Position numbers and translations under genes: made by a program. Shown here one piece after another: positions 1-10,661 of a stretch of 64,000 bases of DNA (positions within the stretch are counted from its first letter, which is position 1; the number at the start of each line of letters is the position of its first letter). Below the pieces are notes generated by a model that worked only from the letters and a program-made list of their open reading frames with translations, was not told the origin of the DNA and ran no database searches. The DNA is from an uncultured bacterium. Lineage in GTDB: Bacteria; Chloroflexota; UBA5177; JANWHV01. The DNA lies in NCBI GenBank assembly GCA_963729625.1, contig CAVSOU010000008.1, positions 224,001 through 288,000 of the forward strand. Direction: 5' to 3'.

Positions 1-1614
1 GTCCTTCCGTCTGATCATGGTGAAGGCCGACACGGTGCCGATTCCCAGCATGGCCGCGGCCAGCCAGAGGACGAAGACCGTGCCATCCACGAACGACTGC
101 CGGGCAATGTGCTGGATGAGCGGGAAGGCAGGGGAGTGCGCCATGGGATTGGGCTGCGCCGGGTTCACCGGCAGCCCCAGACTCGCCGCAACCGTTCCGG
201 CGTGCTGCGCCTGGCCGATCGCGCCGGCCCTGGCGCTCGCCGGGAGCTGGGCGAGCGCTGAGATGCGGTCCGAGACGAGCCCGTTGTAGTGGCTGGTGAG
301 CATGGCGCCAAGGAAGGCGATGCCGAAGGCAGAGCCGACCTGGCGGCACATACTGTTGACGCCCGAGGCCATGCCGGCGCGCGCGCTCGGCACTGTTCCC
401 ACGGCTACTGTCGAGATGGGTGGCTGCGCCAGCCCCATGCCCAACCCGCCCAGAATGAACGCGGGCAAGAGCACCACCCAATCGCTTTTCACGTCGTGCG
501 GCGAGATGCGCGTCATCAGCACGACGGAAAGGGTGAGGAGCGCCATGCCCAGCGTGAGCACGGGGCGCGCGCCGATACGATCCATGACGATGCCGCCGAT
601 AGGAGCCGAAACCAGGATGAAGCCGCTCAACGGCAGAAAACGCACGCCGGTTTCCATGGCACTGTAGCCCAGAAAGTTTTGAAAGTAGAGGGTCAGGAAA
701 AAGAACACGGATAGTATGCCCGCGCTCAGCGCGAATACCGTGATCGCGGCGCCGGTGAAGCTCACGTTCCTGAACAGTCGCAGGTCGACCATGGCATTCT
801 TGATCCGCGGCTCGCCGGCGAGGAATGCCGCCATCGCCACCACAGCCACGGCGAACAGCGTGAGAATGTACTGCGAGGTCCAGCCCTTGTCGTTGCCCTG
901 AATGAGCGCCAGGGTCAGGCAGAACAGGCTGATGGTGATCGTTGCCAGTCCGAACACATCGATCGAACGCGGCGCGCGCTCATCACGCGACTCGGCGACG
1001 GCCCAGGCCGCCACGAGCACGGCAACGATGCCGATCGGCACGTTGATGAAGAAGATCGACTGCCAGCCCGCGTTCTCCACCAGGAACCCGCCCGCAAGCG
1101 GCCCTATGGCGGTAGCCAAACCACTCACACTGCCCCAGATGCCGATGGCCCGCCCGCGCTCCGGGCCCTCGAATGTTGCCGTGATGATCGCCAGCGTCAT
1201 AGGGAACATGATCGACGCGCCGAGGCCCTGGACGCCGCGCGCGATCAGCAGCACGTTCATGTGCGAGAGGCTGACGAGCGTGATGCCGCCCGAGACGCCG
1301 CAGAGCAACGAGCCGAGTGTGAAGATGGCGAGCCCCGCCATGAACACGCGTTTGCGGCCGAAGATGTCGCCCAGCCTGCCGGACGTTACCAGGAAGACGG
1401 CCAGCGTGAGGGCGTATGCGTTGATCACCCATTGCAGGTCGGATAGATCCGCGTGCAGGTCCTTCTGGATCGTGGGAAGCGCGACGTAGACGATTGTCAT
1501 GTCCAGCAGGGCCATGAAGATGGTGAAGGCCATTGCCAGCAGTGTCCACCACTTATGAGCGCGCGCGACGGCGCTGCCAGTGCCGATCGTGCCCGCTTGG
1601 TTCTCGGAAGCCAC
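1..1614 (-). CDS. DHA2/EmrB-QacA family MFS efflux transporter (3' end runs off window)
   Basis: Manual translation from GTG 1614 (RBS GAAGGAG): KWWTLLAMAFTIFMALLDMTIVYVALPTIQKDL...WVINAYALTLA...GRLGDIFGRKRVF; absent from the ORF track because it is truncated. Confidence 0.9.
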   Translation of the reverse strand, partial: MASENQAGTIGTGSAVARAHKWWTLLAMAFTIFMALLDMTIVYVALPTIQKDLHADLSDLQWVINAYALTLAVFLVTSGRLGDIFGRKRVFMAGLAIFTLGSLLCGVSGGITLVSLSHMNVLLIARGVQGLGASIMFPMTLAIITATFEGPERGRAIGIWGSVSGLATAIGPLAGGFLVENAGWQSIFFINVPIGIVAVLVAAWAVAESRDERAPRSIDVFGLATITISLFCLTLALIQGNDKGWTSQYILTLFAVAVVAMAAFLAGEPRIKNAMVDLRLFRNVSFTGAAITVFALSAGILSVFFFLTLYFQNFLGYSAMETGVRFLPLSGFILVSAPIGGIVMDRIGARPVLTLGMALLTLSVVLMTRISPHDVKSDWVVLLPAFILGGLGMGLAQPPISTVAVGTVPSARAGMASGVNSMCRQVGSAFGIAFLGAMLTSHYNGLVSDRISALAQLPASARAGAIGQAQHAGTVAASLGLPVNPAQPNPMAHSPAFPLIQHIARQSFVDGTVFVLWLAAAMLGIGTVSAFTMIRRKD

Positions 1615-1632
1615 GATTCTTCTCTCCTTCGC

Positions 1633-2376
1633 TCAGCCCGATGCCGGTTGGTCGTCGCCCGCGGTCGTCGCCGAGAAGACGGCATGGTAGATGAGGTCGG
1701 CTAACGCGTCTCGCTGACGGTAGAACTCTGTCTCCGTCAGCAGCTCCGGCCGAAGCCGATGATGCCAGACATGGTCAAGCAGCGTGGTGATGGTCCAGGC
1801 GGTGCGCTCCGCATCGAGATCGGGCCAGGCGCGGCCTTCGGCGACACCTCGGCGGATGGCGAGCAGCACCTGGTGATAGAGCCAGCGCTGGACCTCCACG
1901 GCGTACGCGGCGATCTCGGGGTCGCCGGCCTCGAGCGCCATCCAGGCACGCTGCAATTGATAGTGCGCCCGGTCGTACGGCAGCGCCACGGCCAGCGCAT
2001 GCCGGATCGACTGGCGCCAGTCGGGACCAACCAGCGTGGCGCCGAGATTCAGCGCGCGCAGCATCGCCGCCGTGCCCTCAAGCAGCGCCAGCAGAATCTG
2101 CCTCTTGTCGTGAAAGTAGCTGTAGAGCGTGCCGATGCTCACGCCGGCGGCGGCGGCTATGTCCGGTGTCGTCGCCGCGTGGTACCCGCGGTCGGCAAAG
2201 AGCGCGGCGCCGGCCCTGAGCAGCGCGTCGCGCTTGGCGCGCGCCCGCTCCTGGCGTGGCACGCGCGGCACGTCTCCCGAGCTCGGCACGGCCGGGAAGT
2301 CGGCGCGTCCCTCGTCGGGCGAGCCTTGCAACGGCGCGCCGTCACTCGGCTGCGAAGCCTGCGTTCGACCGGGCAA
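1633..2376 (-). CDS. TetR/AcrR family transcriptional regulator
   Basis: RQERARAKRDALLRAGAALFADRGYHAATTPDIAAAAGVSIGTLYSYF HTH; start uncertain (TTG 2376 after GGAGG; ORF open to 2466). Confidence 0.9.
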   Translation of the reverse strand: MPGRTQASQPSDGAPLQGSPDEGRADFPAVPSSGDVPRVPRQERARAKRDALLRAGAALFADRGYHAATTPDIAAAAGVSIGTLYSYFHDKRQILLALLEGTAAMLRALNLGATLVGPDWRQSIRHALAVALPYDRAHYQLQRAWMALEAGDPEIAAYAVEVQRWLYHQVLLAIRRGVAEGRAWPDLDAERTAWTITTLLDHVWHHRLRPELLTETEFYRQRDALADLIYHAVFSATTAGDDQPASG

Positions 2377-2401
2377 GCGACCTCCGCGCACCACGCTCGT
2401 G

Positions 2402-2425
2402 TATGAATACGAATATAGATTCATA
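2402..2425. promoter_or_regulatory. Putative TetR operator
   Basis: AT-rich inverted repeat TATGAAT-N10-ATTCATA just upstream of tetR. Confidence 0.45.
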
Positions 2426-2548
2426 TATCTAGCGCCAGTATATGCCGTACCCGAGACGCCTGTCAATTGACCCGATTAGCTAGGCAAGAACCTGGGTGGC
2501 CTGACCGTGAACGGTCATGGCAAAGCAATGATCCCTGAAGGGGCTTGA

Positions 2549-2761
2549 GAGACTACACTGAACCTCCGCGAGTACTTGATTCTCGACAATCGGCGACCCC
2601 TGGCAACGCTCTACAGGAGGACGGACGACGGTCAATGGATCGTCACCGCCTTCGCCGTCGGCTGCACACTTCCACTCGCCAGCATTGGACTCGATCTCCC
2701 AGTCGGGCAGATCTACGACGGCGTGACGCTCGATCCGGATCCGGCGGTCCGGGCTGAATGA
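2549..2761 (+). pseudogene. C-terminal remnant of Uma2-family endonuclease
   Basis: NLREYLILDNRRPLATLYRRTDDGQW...LASIGLDLPVGQIYDGV resembles the Uma2 C-terminus (compare 15665-16285); in-frame TGA at 2546, no N-terminus. Confidence 0.7.
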
Positions 2762-2951
2762 ACGACGAACCGAATTGCAGTCATCTCACTCACGGAGTAA
2801 CCCGACCCGCGGACCGGCGACCGGGCGTGTCGGGAGATTGTAATCGCCGGGATCCTGGGAGCATCCGGGACCCGCTCGCGGGTGTCGCGTCCGCCCGCAC
2901 TGGGCGCCGACACGGAGGGTCACAGTGACGGACGCCGCGCTTGACGCCTGC

Positions 2952-3341
2952 TCACCAGATGCGATTCGTGGAATACGTTGAGAACACCGTGTCCGCGCTC
3001 ACGATAGGCACTTGTTCAACGATAGCTTGTGCTACAAGCAAGCGGTCGAACGGGTCACGATGGTGGAATGGCATGCTCACGACCTGATTTGTATGGTCTA
3101 CAGAAATACCCAGGAGTGCGATCCCATTGCGGCGTAGTTGTGCTGAGATGAAAGTGTGGAACGGGGCATCGATGGTCAGCTTGCCGAGACTGATCTTGAT
3201 TGCCATTTCCCAGACGCTCGCGATGCTGAGCAACGGCTCCGTAGTCGGATCGGCGATCAAGGCCTGTGCTCGCGGGCTCAGTTGCGCACTTCCGCTGACA
3301 AACCACAGAAACGCATGGGTATCGAGCAGGACCCGCGTCAT
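2952..3341 (-). CDS. vapC: PIN-domain VapC toxin
   Basis: LLDTHAFLW...SIASVWEMAIK...HHRDPFDRLLVAQA. Confidence 0.93.
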   Translation of the reverse strand: MTRVLLDTHAFLWFVSGSAQLSPRAQALIADPTTEPLLSIASVWEMAIKISLGKLTIDAPFHTFISAQLRRNGIALLGISVDHTNQVVSMPFHHRDPFDRLLVAQAIVEQVPIVSADTVFSTYSTNRIW

Positions 3342-3571
3342 TGGTACTCAGAGAAGTCCGTCAATGGCGCATCGAAGTCGTCCGCCATCCTGATCAGGCC
3401 GCGAGCACTGCCAAACTCGGGGGCGCGCTTTGCTTGCCCCACCGGTACCAACTGCACCACAGGGTGTCCTTGAAGACTATCCGCCGTGATCAGGACCTCC
3501 TCGCCGCGCGTCGCAGCCTCGATAAGCTCTGGCAGATGTAGCTTTGCGTCCTCGATATCGGTCTGGGTCAT
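3338..3571 (-). CDS. Phd/YefM-type antitoxin
   Basis: IEDAKLHLPELIEAATRGEEVLIT...FGSARGLIRMADDFDAPL; 4-bp overlap with vapC. Confidence 0.88.
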   Translation of the reverse strand: MTQTDIEDAKLHLPELIEAATRGEEVLITADSLQGHPVVQLVPVGQAKRAPEFGSARGLIRMADDFDAPLTDFSEYQ

Positions 3572-3837
3572 CGGCAGACAGTCCTCTCGCCCACGGTGTG
3601 CAATTCAGTGTACGACAACGGCAATCGTGCTGGTATTCTCGGTTCGCTCGTGGATCGTAGCCCAGCGTGTGACTTGGGGTTTCGGGCCTGGGTGGGTCCA
3701 TCACGGTGAGCAGCAAGAACGGTCAGTGCACCGTTGCGCTGGGCATCACTAGCGCGGGTGGTGGTGGCGCAAGCGGCCTCCCGCCGGCGCCCGCGGTGGG
3801 CGCCGGTGTGGGAGTCGAGAACGCGTGTGTCCTAGCG

Positions 3838-4299
3838 CTACGCGTGCCTGCCGTATACATCCAGGAGTTGCAACTGTGTGGCTCTGAGCTGCCCAGCCAT
3901 GATCGACGCGAACCGCTTGTGCAGCGCGTAGCCAAGGTTGTGGTCCTCTTCGCACTTGCCTCGCAGGCATGCGCCGTCGAGGGCCACGGCTCTGGTGAGC
4001 TCGAGCGCCACCGCGTCGTGGCTCCAGGTATAGGGAGGAACCAGCCAGGCCCATCCCAGGATGTCGCCTTCGCCGAGGGTTTGGATGGCGATCGACCCTC
4101 GTCCCAGAGCGGAGATTTCCAGTCGCACTGTACCGGCACGGATGAGGTAAAAGCGGTTAGCCCCTTCACCCTCGCGCAGCAAGTACTCGCCGGCGCTGAA
4201 TCGCACGTTTGAGGCGCAACCGACAAGCAGCTCCAGGTAGTGCTCGTCCATTTCAGCGAAGAAGGGATGTCGCTCGAGGATGGGTTCAAGGGTATGCAT
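3838..4299 (-). CDS. Cyclic nucleotide-binding domain protein
   Basis: FSAGEYLLREGEGANRFYLIRAGTV...LGEGDILGWAWL. Confidence 0.88.
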   Translation of the reverse strand: MHTLEPILERHPFFAEMDEHYLELLVGCASNVRFSAGEYLLREGEGANRFYLIRAGTVRLEISALGRGSIAIQTLGEGDILGWAWLVPPYTWSHDAVALELTRAVALDGACLRGKCEEDHNLGYALHKRFASIMAGQLRATQLQLLDVYGRHA

Positions 4300-4589
4300 C
4301 TGACGTCCTCCCAGCACGTAGAGCGGTGGTAACCGGCCGACGAGAGGCTCGTTTCGATCCGGACTATCGGAAGCTGCGCAGACACGCTCACTTCGCAGCG
4401 GTCAGGCAGATTTCATGCCCTCCCTTCGTAGTCCCGACCGCGCACCGTGCGAAACGCCGTGCGCACGAAGCGAGCCGTTAGAGACCGGGCGTCCGCGCCC
4501 ACTGATCCATGGGCACACGCTGCACCCCCACCTGATAACGGTCAAGGGCCGTTCGGCCTGAACTGCGGCGCAGAGTGTACGTACGGCGC

Positions 4590-6341
4590 TCATTGTGCTG
4601 TCGCCTGTCGCACCTTGCCAATGCAATGAGCGACATCCTCGTTGTTCGGGGCCAGTTGCGCGGCAATGGCGACGGCGGCCCGGGCATCCTCCAGCCTGTC
4701 GTTGCGCAGCAGACAGAGCGTGAGCGCACAGAGAATCGACACGCTTCGCGGGTCCAGCTCGCGTGCGCGCACCAGTGCCTCCAGCGCATCGCCGTCCATA
4801 TTGCTCGCCATGAGTGCTATCCCCAGGCCATACAGCGCTTCCGGCAGATCGGGCTTCGCGCTGGCGACGAGGGTATAGGCCTCCAGGGCCCCCGCGATCC
4901 GTCCCTGGTTGAGCGCGGCATAGCCAACGGCCAATGCGGCAGGCCAGTAGCTCGGAAGCAGCTCGAGCGCGCGTTTGTTGTGCCAGTCGGCGGCGTCATC
5001 CCGGCCAGCCCGTACGTAGCAGCGAGCCGCCATGATGTGCAGGTATGGAAGGTCATCAGTGAGCTCGATTGCCGCTGTGAGCGCCCCGATCGCTTCGTCG
5101 ATGCGGCCAAGCCGGTACGCGGCAACGCCGAGCTGGTACAGCGAGTCAGCGGTGGAGGCTCCCATTGCGTCGACATGCTTGAGGACATCGAAGGCCCGTT
5201 GGTGCTCGCCGGCCGTCGCCAGATACGAGCCGAGCCGTAGCAGCACTTTCGGCTGGTCGGGATCAAGCTGGAGAGCGATTTCCCACTGAATCGCGGCGCC
5301 GGCAATCCGGTTCGCGGCGGCGAGAAGATTGCCCTGCAGAACATAAGCCGTGGGATGTTCAGGGTCGATGTCCAGCAGGCGCTGAACGATTCGCCCTGCG
5401 CGCGCGAAGTGGCCCGCGCGGTAAGCCTGCAGGCCGGCAAGCGCCAGCGCATGCACATTGTCTGGCTGTTGGCCAAGGACGGCGGAAGTCAGAACGGCCG
5501 CCTGCACGTTGAATCCGTCCTGCTCCAAGATGCGCGCGACTCGCTCCAACGCCACGACCCCTTGCTCGCCCCAGAATTCCATCGCTTCGATAAGCTCGTC
5601 CGCAGCGGTGTCGCCAGCGGCGTTCGCGGCGATCTCCGCGGCAAGGACCGCGGCTGGCGCTTCGAAGTCGGGATCCAACGCCAATGCCTCGAACAACTTG
5701 GCGCGCGCCCCCAGCGGGTTCGCGCGGGTGATGCCGTGCTGCGCGCGCATATCCGCCCCGTTCAGGTAGGAGAGCAGGGCGTCAAGACGGCCAGTTTCGC
5801 GGCTCTCGATCTGTTCGAGCTGGTCGTCGCTGAGCTGCAGCCCTAGGGCGTTGGCCATGGTGATGGCTACGTCACCCGCGGCGTCCAGCAGGTCCTCCGG
5901 ATCGCCGATAAGCGCATCCTCGAACAGCGTGATTCTTCGCGCTGCCTCCCTGAGCGTCAGATTCCAGCGGAGCGCCGGGTTCAGCGTGATGGCCCCTGAG
6001 AGGACATAATCGGCGCGCCAGCTCGCGCTGCACGAGTATGCTTGCTCGTCCGAGAGCGGCGAATAGATCGGTACATAGCGCCGTCCCTCGGGACCGGTAG
6101 CCACGAGCAAGCCGTGGCCGGTTGTGAGATCGGAGACCGCGCTCATCCGCCGCTGGACAAGTTCCCCGACCCTGCGTCCAATCGCTTCCTCGCCCTGCGG
6201 CGTGGAGAACGGCAGGATGAGCAGACTGAGGCCGTCGGTCGATGGGCCGTCCACTACCATGGACAGCTTCTCGCTCACCGCGTCCCGCCTCGCGGACGCG
6301 CTCGCGCCAAGGTCGCGCAGGCCGGATTCCTGCGTGGCCAT
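4590..6341 (-). CDS. Tetratricopeptide repeat protein
   Basis: Many TPR-like units (ALALDPD, LDIDPEHP, KPDLPEALYGLG). Confidence 0.85.
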   Translation of the reverse strand: MATQESGLRDLGASASARRDAVSEKLSMVVDGPSTDGLSLLILPFSTPQGEEAIGRRVGELVQRRMSAVSDLTTGHGLLVATGPEGRRYVPIYSPLSDEQAYSCSASWRADYVLSGAITLNPALRWNLTLREAARRITLFEDALIGDPEDLLDAAGDVAITMANALGLQLSDDQLEQIESRETGRLDALLSYLNGADMRAQHGITRANPLGARAKLFEALALDPDFEAPAAVLAAEIAANAAGDTAADELIEAMEFWGEQGVVALERVARILEQDGFNVQAAVLTSAVLGQQPDNVHALALAGLQAYRAGHFARAGRIVQRLLDIDPEHPTAYVLQGNLLAAANRIAGAAIQWEIALQLDPDQPKVLLRLGSYLATAGEHQRAFDVLKHVDAMGASTADSLYQLGVAAYRLGRIDEAIGALTAAIELTDDLPYLHIMAARCYVRAGRDDAADWHNKRALELLPSYWPAALAVGYAALNQGRIAGALEAYTLVASAKPDLPEALYGLGIALMASNMDGDALEALVRARELDPRSVSILCALTLCLLRNDRLEDARAAVAIAAQLAPNNEDVAHCIGKVRQATAQ

Positions 6342-6515
6342 ACACTGCTCCCCTCAGGATCTGTCCTGTGATGACAAACGCACGCCCGACTCCCGGCGAC
6401 TGCTTCGTGCGGGCACAAGCATACATCCGGTATTCAAAGAACGTTCATACCGTCTGGTAAGAATCAGTATGGACCGTGGAATGCGCGCTCGCAAGCAGTG
6501 CTTTCGGGTGAGGAG

Positions 6516-7589
6516 CTACTCCCTGGGATCAACGTCTCCCTGATCGGGAGCCGCCGGATCGGGCGCGCCGGCCTCTTCCTGCCCGTCCGCGCCGACCGCA
6601 CTGCTCGACGTGATCGTTGAGGTCTCGCCGGCGCTGTCGGAGATCTCCGCTTCCTCGCCGTCCTCGTAGTCCTCGTCATCTCCCTCGAACTCTTCATCCT
6701 CGTCGATGTCGTAGGCCGGATCGAACACCCAGGGCTTGAGCAGCATGAAGTACGCGCCGAGCACCAGTAGCGCCTGCACGGCCACCGCCGTGATCTGCGC
6801 CTGCTTGAGGCCGAGCGTCACGATTTCGTTATCCCGCCATATGAAGAGCACGAATTGGCCGACGCAGTAGAGGCTGAGATAGAGGACGAACAACATGCCG
6901 GCCGGCTTCAGCCGGTTGCGAAGCGGCCATAGCACGGCAAACAAGCCGATGCAGAACAGGAACTCGTAGGCGCCGGCCGGCTGCACGGGTACGGGATTGT
7001 CGTGCAGTGACTGCGGAATGAAGGAGTTGTTAGGATTCGTGTACTTTACCGCCCACGGAAGGTTGCTCGGATAACCGATGATATCGCCGTTGATCAGATT
7101 GCCGATTCGCCCGACTGCCTGCGCCAGAGGCGCGAAGATAGCTACGCAATCCAGCGCTACGCCCAGCGGCACCTTCTCCACGCGGGCAAGCACCAGTAGC
7201 ACCGGCACGCCGAGAAAAACGGCGCCGAAGAAGGCCATGCCACCCTGCCAGAGCGCGATGATGTCGCCGGGATGATTCGCGTAATGCCCGGGATCGTTCT
7301 GCACGACATAGTAAAGGCGGCCGCCGATAAGTCCGGCAATCACGACACCCGCGGCAACGTTCCAGATCTGTTCACTGGTGATGCCTCGACTGCGCGCATA
7401 AGGAACCATCACCAGCATGCCCACCACGATGGCCAGCAGATACATCAAGGCGTACCAGCGTAGGGAGAATGGTCCAACTTTTACCAGCACGGGGTCTACG
7501 TTGATCGTGAAGTAGCCGAGCAGTGCGAGCATCGCGCCTCCAAGTCCACTGGCATACGGGAAATACGTTGTTGATGGCAGCCGCGCCAC
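6516..7589 (-). CDS. lgt: Prolipoprotein diacylglyceryl transferase with acidic C-terminal tail
   Basis: LRWYALMY, GGRLYYV, WQGGMAFFG, QAVGRIGNLING motifs. Confidence 0.93.
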   Translation of the reverse strand: MARLPSTTYFPYASGLGGAMLALLGYFTINVDPVLVKVGPFSLRWYALMYLLAIVVGMLVMVPYARSRGITSEQIWNVAAGVVIAGLIGGRLYYVVQNDPGHYANHPGDIIALWQGGMAFFGAVFLGVPVLLVLARVEKVPLGVALDCVAIFAPLAQAVGRIGNLINGDIIGYPSNLPWAVKYTNPNNSFIPQSLHDNPVPVQPAGAYEFLFCIGLFAVLWPLRNRLKPAGMLFVLYLSLYCVGQFVLFIWRDNEIVTLGLKQAQITAVAVQALLVLGAYFMLLKPWVFDPAYDIDEDEEFEGDDEDYEDGEEAEISDSAGETSTITSSSAVGADGQEEAGAPDPAAPDQGDVDPRE

Positions 7590-7835
7590 ATGACAGTAAA
7601 GACACGTCCAGGCAGGCTCGCGTGGCGAGGATAGTATGCTGGATGGGCCGCAAAGAGCATACCACGCAGAGCCTTTCGTGCGGTATGCTCACGCTAGAAG
7701 CATCTCATGCCGCACGTGTTGCCGTGTTGCCCGTAGCAGGACGGGTGGGGCGAAAAGTGGCACACTACTATCGACGTGTGGTGAATCGCAGTTCGTGATA
7801 TGTGTCGCGCGTAACCAGACCGGAGGTTTCGTCGG

Positions 7836-8108
7836 ATGTTGCTCTTCTTGTTCCTTGTGGCGCTTGCCGTGGTCGGCTTCGCCGCGGGTCGCCTGCGCAA
7901 GGCGCCTGCCTTCCTGGATGGGGCTGCGCTGGCCGGTCTGGCAGCCGTCACGTTCGTAGTAACCGGCTTTGGATTTCACGTCATTGCCCTGGTCGTGGGT
8001 GTCCTCTGCCTGGCCGGCGGCTTCATTGGCGGCGCTACCAGCGACGTGCGCAATATGAATAGAAAGAGGCTTGGCGGCGGTGGACGCGGCGGCCTGCTTG
8101 GCCGCTAG
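7836..8108 (+). CDS. Small membrane protein
   Basis: RBS GGAGG; three hydrophobic segments; ends just before the M20 gene. Confidence 0.6.
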   Translation: MLLFLFLVALAVVGFAAGRLRKAPAFLDGAALAGLAAVTFVVTGFGFHVIALVVGVLCLAGGFIGGATSDVRNMNRKRLGGGGRGGLLGR

Positions 8109-8114
8109 GAGACC

Positions 8115-9377
8115 ATGCCGCTCCGGGCGGTCGAACGCGCGATTCACGATGCGATTGACGAGCATGAGATCGTCGACATGCTGTGCTCCCTTGTGCGCAT
8201 TCCCAGTGTCACCGGCGACGAGCGCGCCGCGCAGGAGTATCTCGCGCAGCGGATGCGCGCGGCTGGGCTCGACGTCGATCTCTGGCCGATAGATCTGCAG
8301 GCTATCCGCGCCGATGCCGCCTATCCCGGCGAGGAGACCGAGCGAGGGGACGCGTACGGGCTCACGGGCGCTTTTGGCGCCGGCAATGGGCCGCGACTGA
8401 TCCTCAACGGACACATTGACGTCGTGCCTGTCGGCGTGAGAGAGAACTGGCACGTCGATCCGTGGGGTGGCGATCTGCGCGACGGCTGCGTCTTCGGGCG
8501 AGGCGCCTGCGACATGAAGGGGGGATTGGCGGCCGGTTTCGCCGCAATCCGCGCCGTGCAGCGGGTGGGGGTGGAGCTGCGCGGCCGCGTGCAGCTGCAG
8601 AGCGTGGTGGGCGAGGAAGACGGCGGAATCGGCACGCTTGCCACGATCCGGCGCGGGCACACCGGCGACGCGGCGGTGATCGTCGAGCCGACTGAGCTGA
8701 GCATCATTCCGGCGCAAGCTGGAGCGCTTGGATTCGCGTTACATGTGCAGGGCCGCGCCGCGCACGCGTGCGAGCGATTGGCAGGGGTAAGTGCGATCGA
8801 GAAATTCTTGCCGCTGTTCCGCGCTCTCGAGCAACTCGAGCGGCACCGCAACACGGGGGTCGACCACCCGCTGCTCGGCCGGCAGGCCCTGCCGTATCCC
8901 CTCGGCATCGGCATATTGCGCGCGGGAAACTGGCTGTCCACGGTACCCGAAGAGCTCGAGGCCATCGGTCGTTATGGCGTGGCGATTGGCGAGGATCTCG
9001 CCTCGGCGCAACGCGACCTAGAGGAAGCGATCGCCGAGGCGGCCGGGGACGATCCGTGGCTTGCGGAGCACCCGCCGCGCGTAACCTGGGTGGGAGGACG
9101 GTTTGCGCCCGCCGAGACGCCGCTCCCTCACCCATTCGTTGACCTGTTGGCTGGGTGCGTCGCCGACGCTCACGGAACGAGGCCGGCCATTGAAGGCGCC
9201 ACGTATGGCTCCGACCTGCGCCATTTCGTCAACGAGTCGCATGTTCCGGCCGTGCTGTTTGGCCCAGGGGGGGCGCGCACCGCGCACATGCCCGATGAGT
9301 TCGTGTCCGTGGCGCAGGTAGCGGCCGTGGCACGAAGCCTCGCGCTGTTGATCATCCGCTATTGCGGTATCGAGTGA
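8115..9377 (+). CDS. M20 metallopeptidase, ArgE/DapE family
   Basis: LNGHIDVVP, GRGACDMKGG, GEEDGG, AHMPDE. Confidence 0.92.
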   Translation: MPLRAVERAIHDAIDEHEIVDMLCSLVRIPSVTGDERAAQEYLAQRMRAAGLDVDLWPIDLQAIRADAAYPGEETERGDAYGLTGAFGAGNGPRLILNGHIDVVPVGVRENWHVDPWGGDLRDGCVFGRGACDMKGGLAAGFAAIRAVQRVGVELRGRVQLQSVVGEEDGGIGTLATIRRGHTGDAAVIVEPTELSIIPAQAGALGFALHVQGRAAHACERLAGVSAIEKFLPLFRALEQLERHRNTGVDHPLLGRQALPYPLGIGILRAGNWLSTVPEELEAIGRYGVAIGEDLASAQRDLEEAIAEAAGDDPWLAEHPPRVTWVGGRFAPAETPLPHPFVDLLAGCVADAHGTRPAIEGATYGSDLRHFVNESHVPAVLFGPGGARTAHMPDEFVSVAQVAAVARSLALLIIRYCGIE

Positions 9378-9728
9378 GGCGGAATCGCCCCTGGACTAGC
9401 TGCATAAACTTGCCCTCGCCTGCATGATCACTGATCCGTGTCTGCCTCGATGCTGTATCATCCCTCACAACATTCGTTGCGACGGTGGCGTTGCCGAGCA
9501 GGTCTGGTCAAAGGAGGTGCGATAGGTCGGGCAGTTATCTCGAGCACATGCGGCCTGGTACCGTGGCCTTATTCCCGAAAGTCACGCGCTGATACCTGAA
9601 GGCCGGTTCGGCAGACTCAGGGCAGACTCCGCCGAACCGAGGATTCGATGCCGAATCTAGGACTCCACGTTCTTTCTTGCTTCCAGCGCCTGTAATCCAG
9701 AGCCTTATTGACCTTCAAGGAGTCTCTT

Positions 9729-10556
9729 GTGAAGCGAATTCGTCTGATTATCGCCGGCATCGCCATTGTGAGCCTTCTGCCGTTCTATGGCTCCGCGCAC
9801 GGCGCCGCGCCGGTGGTTCCACCGCCTGGACTGATCTCGAGTGGCACGCTCACCTTTGGCACGAACTTCGGTTACCCTCCCATGGAGGAGTTGGTAGGCA
9901 AGAACAGCACCGATCAGTCCGGCGCCGACGTCGAGCTGGGCCGGGCTATTGCCGCGAAAATGGGCCTGAAAGCCGCTTTCATCAACATCACGGACTTTGG
10001 CACGATCATTATCGGCCTGCAGAGCCACCATTACGATGCGATCATCTCCTCGATGAACATCACAACCGCGCGTGAGAAGACGCTGAGTTTCGTGCCATAT
10101 TTCCTTGCCGGCCAGAGCATGGTGGTGAAGAAGGGAAATCCTTTCCACATCAAGAGTCTGGCGGACCTCTCTGGCCGGACCGTCTCCATCCAGTCGGGGA
10201 CGGTGGAGATTGACTCGGCCAACGCGGAGAATGTCGTGCTGAAGAAGCAGGGCAAGTCCCAGATGACGATAAAGACCTACGATCTGGACGCCGTGGCCCT
10301 GCAGCAGGTTGGCCTTGGTCGCGCGGCTGCCGAGCTGACGGATTACCCGGTCGGCGTGTACGACTCCACGCAGTATGCCAACAGGTACGAGATTGCCGGC
10401 CAGCAGTGGGGCGCCAGTCCGTACGGCATCGGCATTCGCAAGGCAGACAACGCGCTGTTCAAGGCGATGACCGTTGCTTTCAACCTCGTAAAGAGTGACG
10501 GGGAGTACGCGCGGATCTTCATCAAGTACCATCTTGGCCAGGGCCTGCTGAAGTAG
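9729..10556 (+). CDS. Amino-acid ABC transporter substrate-binding protein
   Basis: Signal peptide; GTNFGYPPME, YDAIISSMNIT, PYGIGIRK; RBS AAGGAG before GTG. Confidence 0.92.
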   Translation: MKRIRLIIAGIAIVSLLPFYGSAHGAAPVVPPPGLISSGTLTFGTNFGYPPMEELVGKNSTDQSGADVELGRAIAAKMGLKAAFINITDFGTIIIGLQSHHYDAIISSMNITTAREKTLSFVPYFLAGQSMVVKKGNPFHIKSLADLSGRTVSIQSGTVEIDSANAENVVLKKQGKSQMTIKTYDLDAVALQQVGLGRAAAELTDYPVGVYDSTQYANRYEIAGQQWGASPYGIGIRKADNALFKAMTVAFNLVKSDGEYARIFIKYHLGQGLLK

Positions 10557-10573
10557 AGCGGGTCGTGCCTGAT

Positions 10574-10610
10574 TCGGGGAAGGCTGTGCGCGGGCACGCG
10601 GCCTTCCCCG
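10574..10610 (+). terminator. Intercistronic stem-loop after SBP gene
   Basis: TCGGGGAAGGC...GCCTTCCCCGA inverted repeat; no U-tract. Confidence 0.45.
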
Positions 10611-10661
10611 AGACGGTGGGAAAGGGGGCCAACGATTTTCAACCTACCCGTATCTCTGGAC

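Noticed and set aside
17-1489. Plus-strand ORFs over the first 1.5 kb
   Set aside because: Antisense shadows of the minus-strand MFS gene
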